The notes beneath the pieces are model-generated. The model was not told the origin of the DNA. It worked only from the letters and a program-made list of their open reading frames with translations, and made no database searches. 64,000 nucleotides of DNA from the human T2T-CHM13v2.0 reference genome, Homo sapiens. Each line of letters begins with the position of its first letter. Position 1 is the first letter of the stretch. Made by a program: the position numbers and the translations under genes. Shown one piece after another: positions 60,965-64,000 of this stretch. The stretch lies in the NCBI RefSeq assembly GCF_009914755.1, contig NC_060928.1; one strand, given 5' to 3'.

Positions 60965-63900
60965 TTTAAATTTAATAAATTTAGTTAGTGCAATTTTAGG
61001 TTTACAGAGCAGATAGTACAGAAAATTTGTGTATACTTTCCCACTTTTCACTCTCCCCTCACTCCCTGACAGTTTCCCCTATTATTAACACTTTCCATTA
61101 GTGTAGTATATATGTTGCAATTGATGAACTAATATTGGTAAATTATCATTAGCTAGAGTCCATAGTATACATCAAGATTCTCTCTTAGTGTTGTACAGTT
61201 CTATGAATTTTGACCAATGCATAATGTCATGTATCTACCATATGGTATCGGACAGAATAGTTTGACCTGTTCATCCTTTTCTTCACTCCCCTTGAACCCT
61301 GGAAACTGCTCATCTTTTTATTTTCTCTGTAGTTTTTCTTTTCCCAGAACATCATCTAGTTGGAGTAACAGAGTGCACACTCATTACTGACTTCTTTCAC
61401 TAATAAATACACTTAAGTTTTGCCCATGTCTTTTTGTGGATTGGTAGCTTATTTCTTTTTAGCACTGAAAAATATTTTATTGTATGTACGTATCAGAGTT
61501 TGTTTTTCCACTTGACTATCTGAGAACACTTGGTAGATTCCAGTTTTTGGCAATTATGAATAAAGTTTCTATAAATACAAATATGCAGAGTTTCGAGTGG
61601 ACATAAGTTTTCAACTCTTTTGGGTGAATACCCAAAACAAGAATGTTGGATCATATGGCAAAACTAGATTTTAGCCTTGTAAAAGCTTGCCAAAATGCCT
61701 CACAAGGTTACTACAGCAATTTTATTTCCACCAGGAATAAGTTAGAGTTGCAATGGGTTTTTTCATTTCAAAATGTGTCTAGTGGTATCACATTATTGTT
61801 TTAATTTTTCAGTTCCCTAATATTGGACACCTTTTTATGTGATTATTTTATGTCTCTGTATCTTCTCTGGTGAGATTTCTGTACAGATCTTTTGACCATT
61901 TTAAAATTAGGTTCTTTGTTTTCTTATTAAGTCTTATGAATTATTTATATATTTGGATGTAAGTCCTCTATTAGATATATGTTTTGCAAATATTTTCTCC
62001 CAGCTTGAGCCTTGTCTTTTCATTTTCTTAATGGAGTCTTTTAAGATCAGATGTTTTAAATTTTAATAAAATCCAATTTATTATTTTCTCTCACATATCA
62101 TGCTTTTGGTGTTATACACCTAAAACTCATTGCCAGTTTCAAGATCACTTAGATTTTGTCTTATATTTTACATTTTTGTGTTTTTTCTTTGTCTATTTAT
62201 TCACCCATCACAATTTATTTTATCTTATTTAATGGAAGGTCCAGAGATTTATTTGAGGAGCCATATCATGCAGCACAGGGCATTCAGCAACATCTTTTCC
62301 ATTCCATACCCTGCTGCTCTTCTCCTGTGACTGTTAGGAGTAATAATTATAATTCATTAAATGACATTTGTAAACTAATTAAACATTGAGATTTGTTCTT
62401 CAGGATTATATTGGCTCTTCTGGGTCTTTTGTTTTTTAACATAAACTTTAGAATCCATTTTTCCATATCCACAAAATTACTTGCTTAAATTTTATTGGGA
62501 TAGTGTTGACTCTACAGATCAAGTTGGAGGAAGTAACATCTTAAAAATGAGTCTTAACGTCCATGAACATGGAATATCTCTCCATTTATTTAGACTCTTT
62601 GATTTCTTTCAACAGACTTTTGTATTTTTTCTCATATAGATCTTGTACGTCTTTATTAAATTGATACCCATTTTTATTGTTTTGGGTGTTAATATTAACT
62701 GCATTGTGTTATTAACCTCAAATATCAATTGTTTATTTGGTAGTATATAAGAAGGCAATAAACATCCATGTATATTCGTCTTGTATCCTGGCACTTTGTT
62801 ATAACAATTGACTAGTTATAGGAGTTTTATGGTCAATTATTGGGAAATTTTTGTATAAACAATCATGTCACTTGTGAATAAAGATAGTTTAGTTCTTCTT
62901 TTCCAATCTGCATATATTTGTATTCCTTTTGATGTCTTATTGCTTTAACTAGCAACTCCAGTACAATGTTCAATAAGAGTATGAGAGTAAATGCCTTTGA
63001 GTTGTTCTCAGTCTTAGAGGTAAAGCATCTTTTTTTTCTCACCATTAGCTATAATGCTAGTTGCAGGGTTTTTTGTAGATGGTCTCTATCAGTTTGAGCA
63101 AGTTCTATTCCATTCCTTGTTTGCTGAGAGGTTTTTTTTTTTTTTTTTTTTTGAGACAGAGTCTTGTTCTGTTGCCCAGGCTGGAGTGCGGTGGTGCCAT
63201 CTCGGCTCACTGCTGTAGTCTCCGCCTCCTGGATTCAAGCGATCTCCTGCCTCACCCTCCTGAGTAGCTGGGACTGCAGGCGCAAGCCACCACACCAGGC
63301 TAATTTTTGCACTTTTAGTAGAGACGGGGTTTCACCATGTTGACCAGGAGGGTCTCGATCTCCTGACCTCGTGATCTGCCTGCCTTGGCCTCCCAAAGTT
63401 GCTGGGAGCTTTGATCATAAATGGGTGTTGGATTTGTCAAATGATTTTTCTGCATGTATTGATATTGTATGATTGATTCTTTATCCTGTTGACATGATAG
63501 ATTACATGAACTGATTTTCAAATGTTGAACCAGGTTTTTTTGAAAATTTCTGGGATAAATCACACTTGACTATGCTTATAATTCAATCAATTTGCTAATA
63601 TTTTGTCAAAGATTTATGCATGTATGTTCATAAGAGATATTTACTTGTAGTTTTTTTCTTGTAATGTCTTTTTATAATTTGTGTATTAATTTAATGCTAG
63701 TGTCATAAAATGAGTTAGGAAGTATTCTCTTTGTTTCTATTTTCTGGAACTGAGTGTATAGAATTTGTATAATTTCTTTCTTAAATGTTTGTCAGAATTT
63801 GCCAGTGAAACCATCTGGCTCTGATGCTTTCTGCTTTGGAAGATTATTATTTGATTTTTTAAAAAAATAGATATTGTAATATTCAGAGAATCTATTTCTC

Positions 63901-64000
63901 CTTGTTTAAATTTTAAAAGATCGTTCTTGTAAAAATTGGCCATCTTTATGTAAGTTAAATGATTTGTGGACATGTTACTTTGTTTCTTTATTATTCTTTT
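60965..64000 (-). mobile_element. L1MC-like element (3'UTR and ORF2), runs off the window
   Basis: Reverse 3'UTR (TTCCCCTATTATTAACA...TTGATGAACTAATATTG); ORF2 RT fragments in ORFs 62863-63045 and 62609-62794. Confidence 0.85.
63132..63400 (-). mobile_element. AluS (Sc-like), slightly 5'-truncated
   Basis: Poly-T followed by reverse Alu. TSD-like TTGCTG(A/G)GAG(G/C)TTT at 63121-63134 and 63399-63412. Confidence 0.92.

Overview
AT-rich primate (human-like) genomic DNA with no recognisable host protein-coding exon, RNA gene, CpG island or prokaryotic system. It reads as intergenic or deep-intronic sequence made largely of transposon fossils. Main contents: (1) a full-length dead L1PA4-like LINE-1 (35-6390) with a TSD, the ZNF93-site segment, an ORF0 remnant and an AluY in ORF1; (2) LTRs MER77/MER21-like, MLT2A1, MLT2D-like and MLT1; (3) a nested stack of old L1s with three inverted junctions (16.2-21.9 kb); (4) HAL1; (5) a near-complete minus-strand HERV-L provirus (29535-36853; gag, pro, RT, IN, dUTPase, no env) carrying an LTR10C-like solo LTR; (6) about nine Alus plus MIR, L2 and MER5 fragments. 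Every ORF in the track that I can identify is transposon-derived, and I found no new biological system that I can support. The best second-look items are a ~150-bp inverted templated insertion bracketed by a 19-bp duplication (14956-16076), an MLT2A1 LTR with DUX4-type sites and an intact splice donor, an in-frame Alu-L1 ORF1 chimeric ORF, and a p53-like decamer array in the LTR10. Repeat subfamily names come from my recall of consensus sequences, and boundaries of old repeats are approximate.
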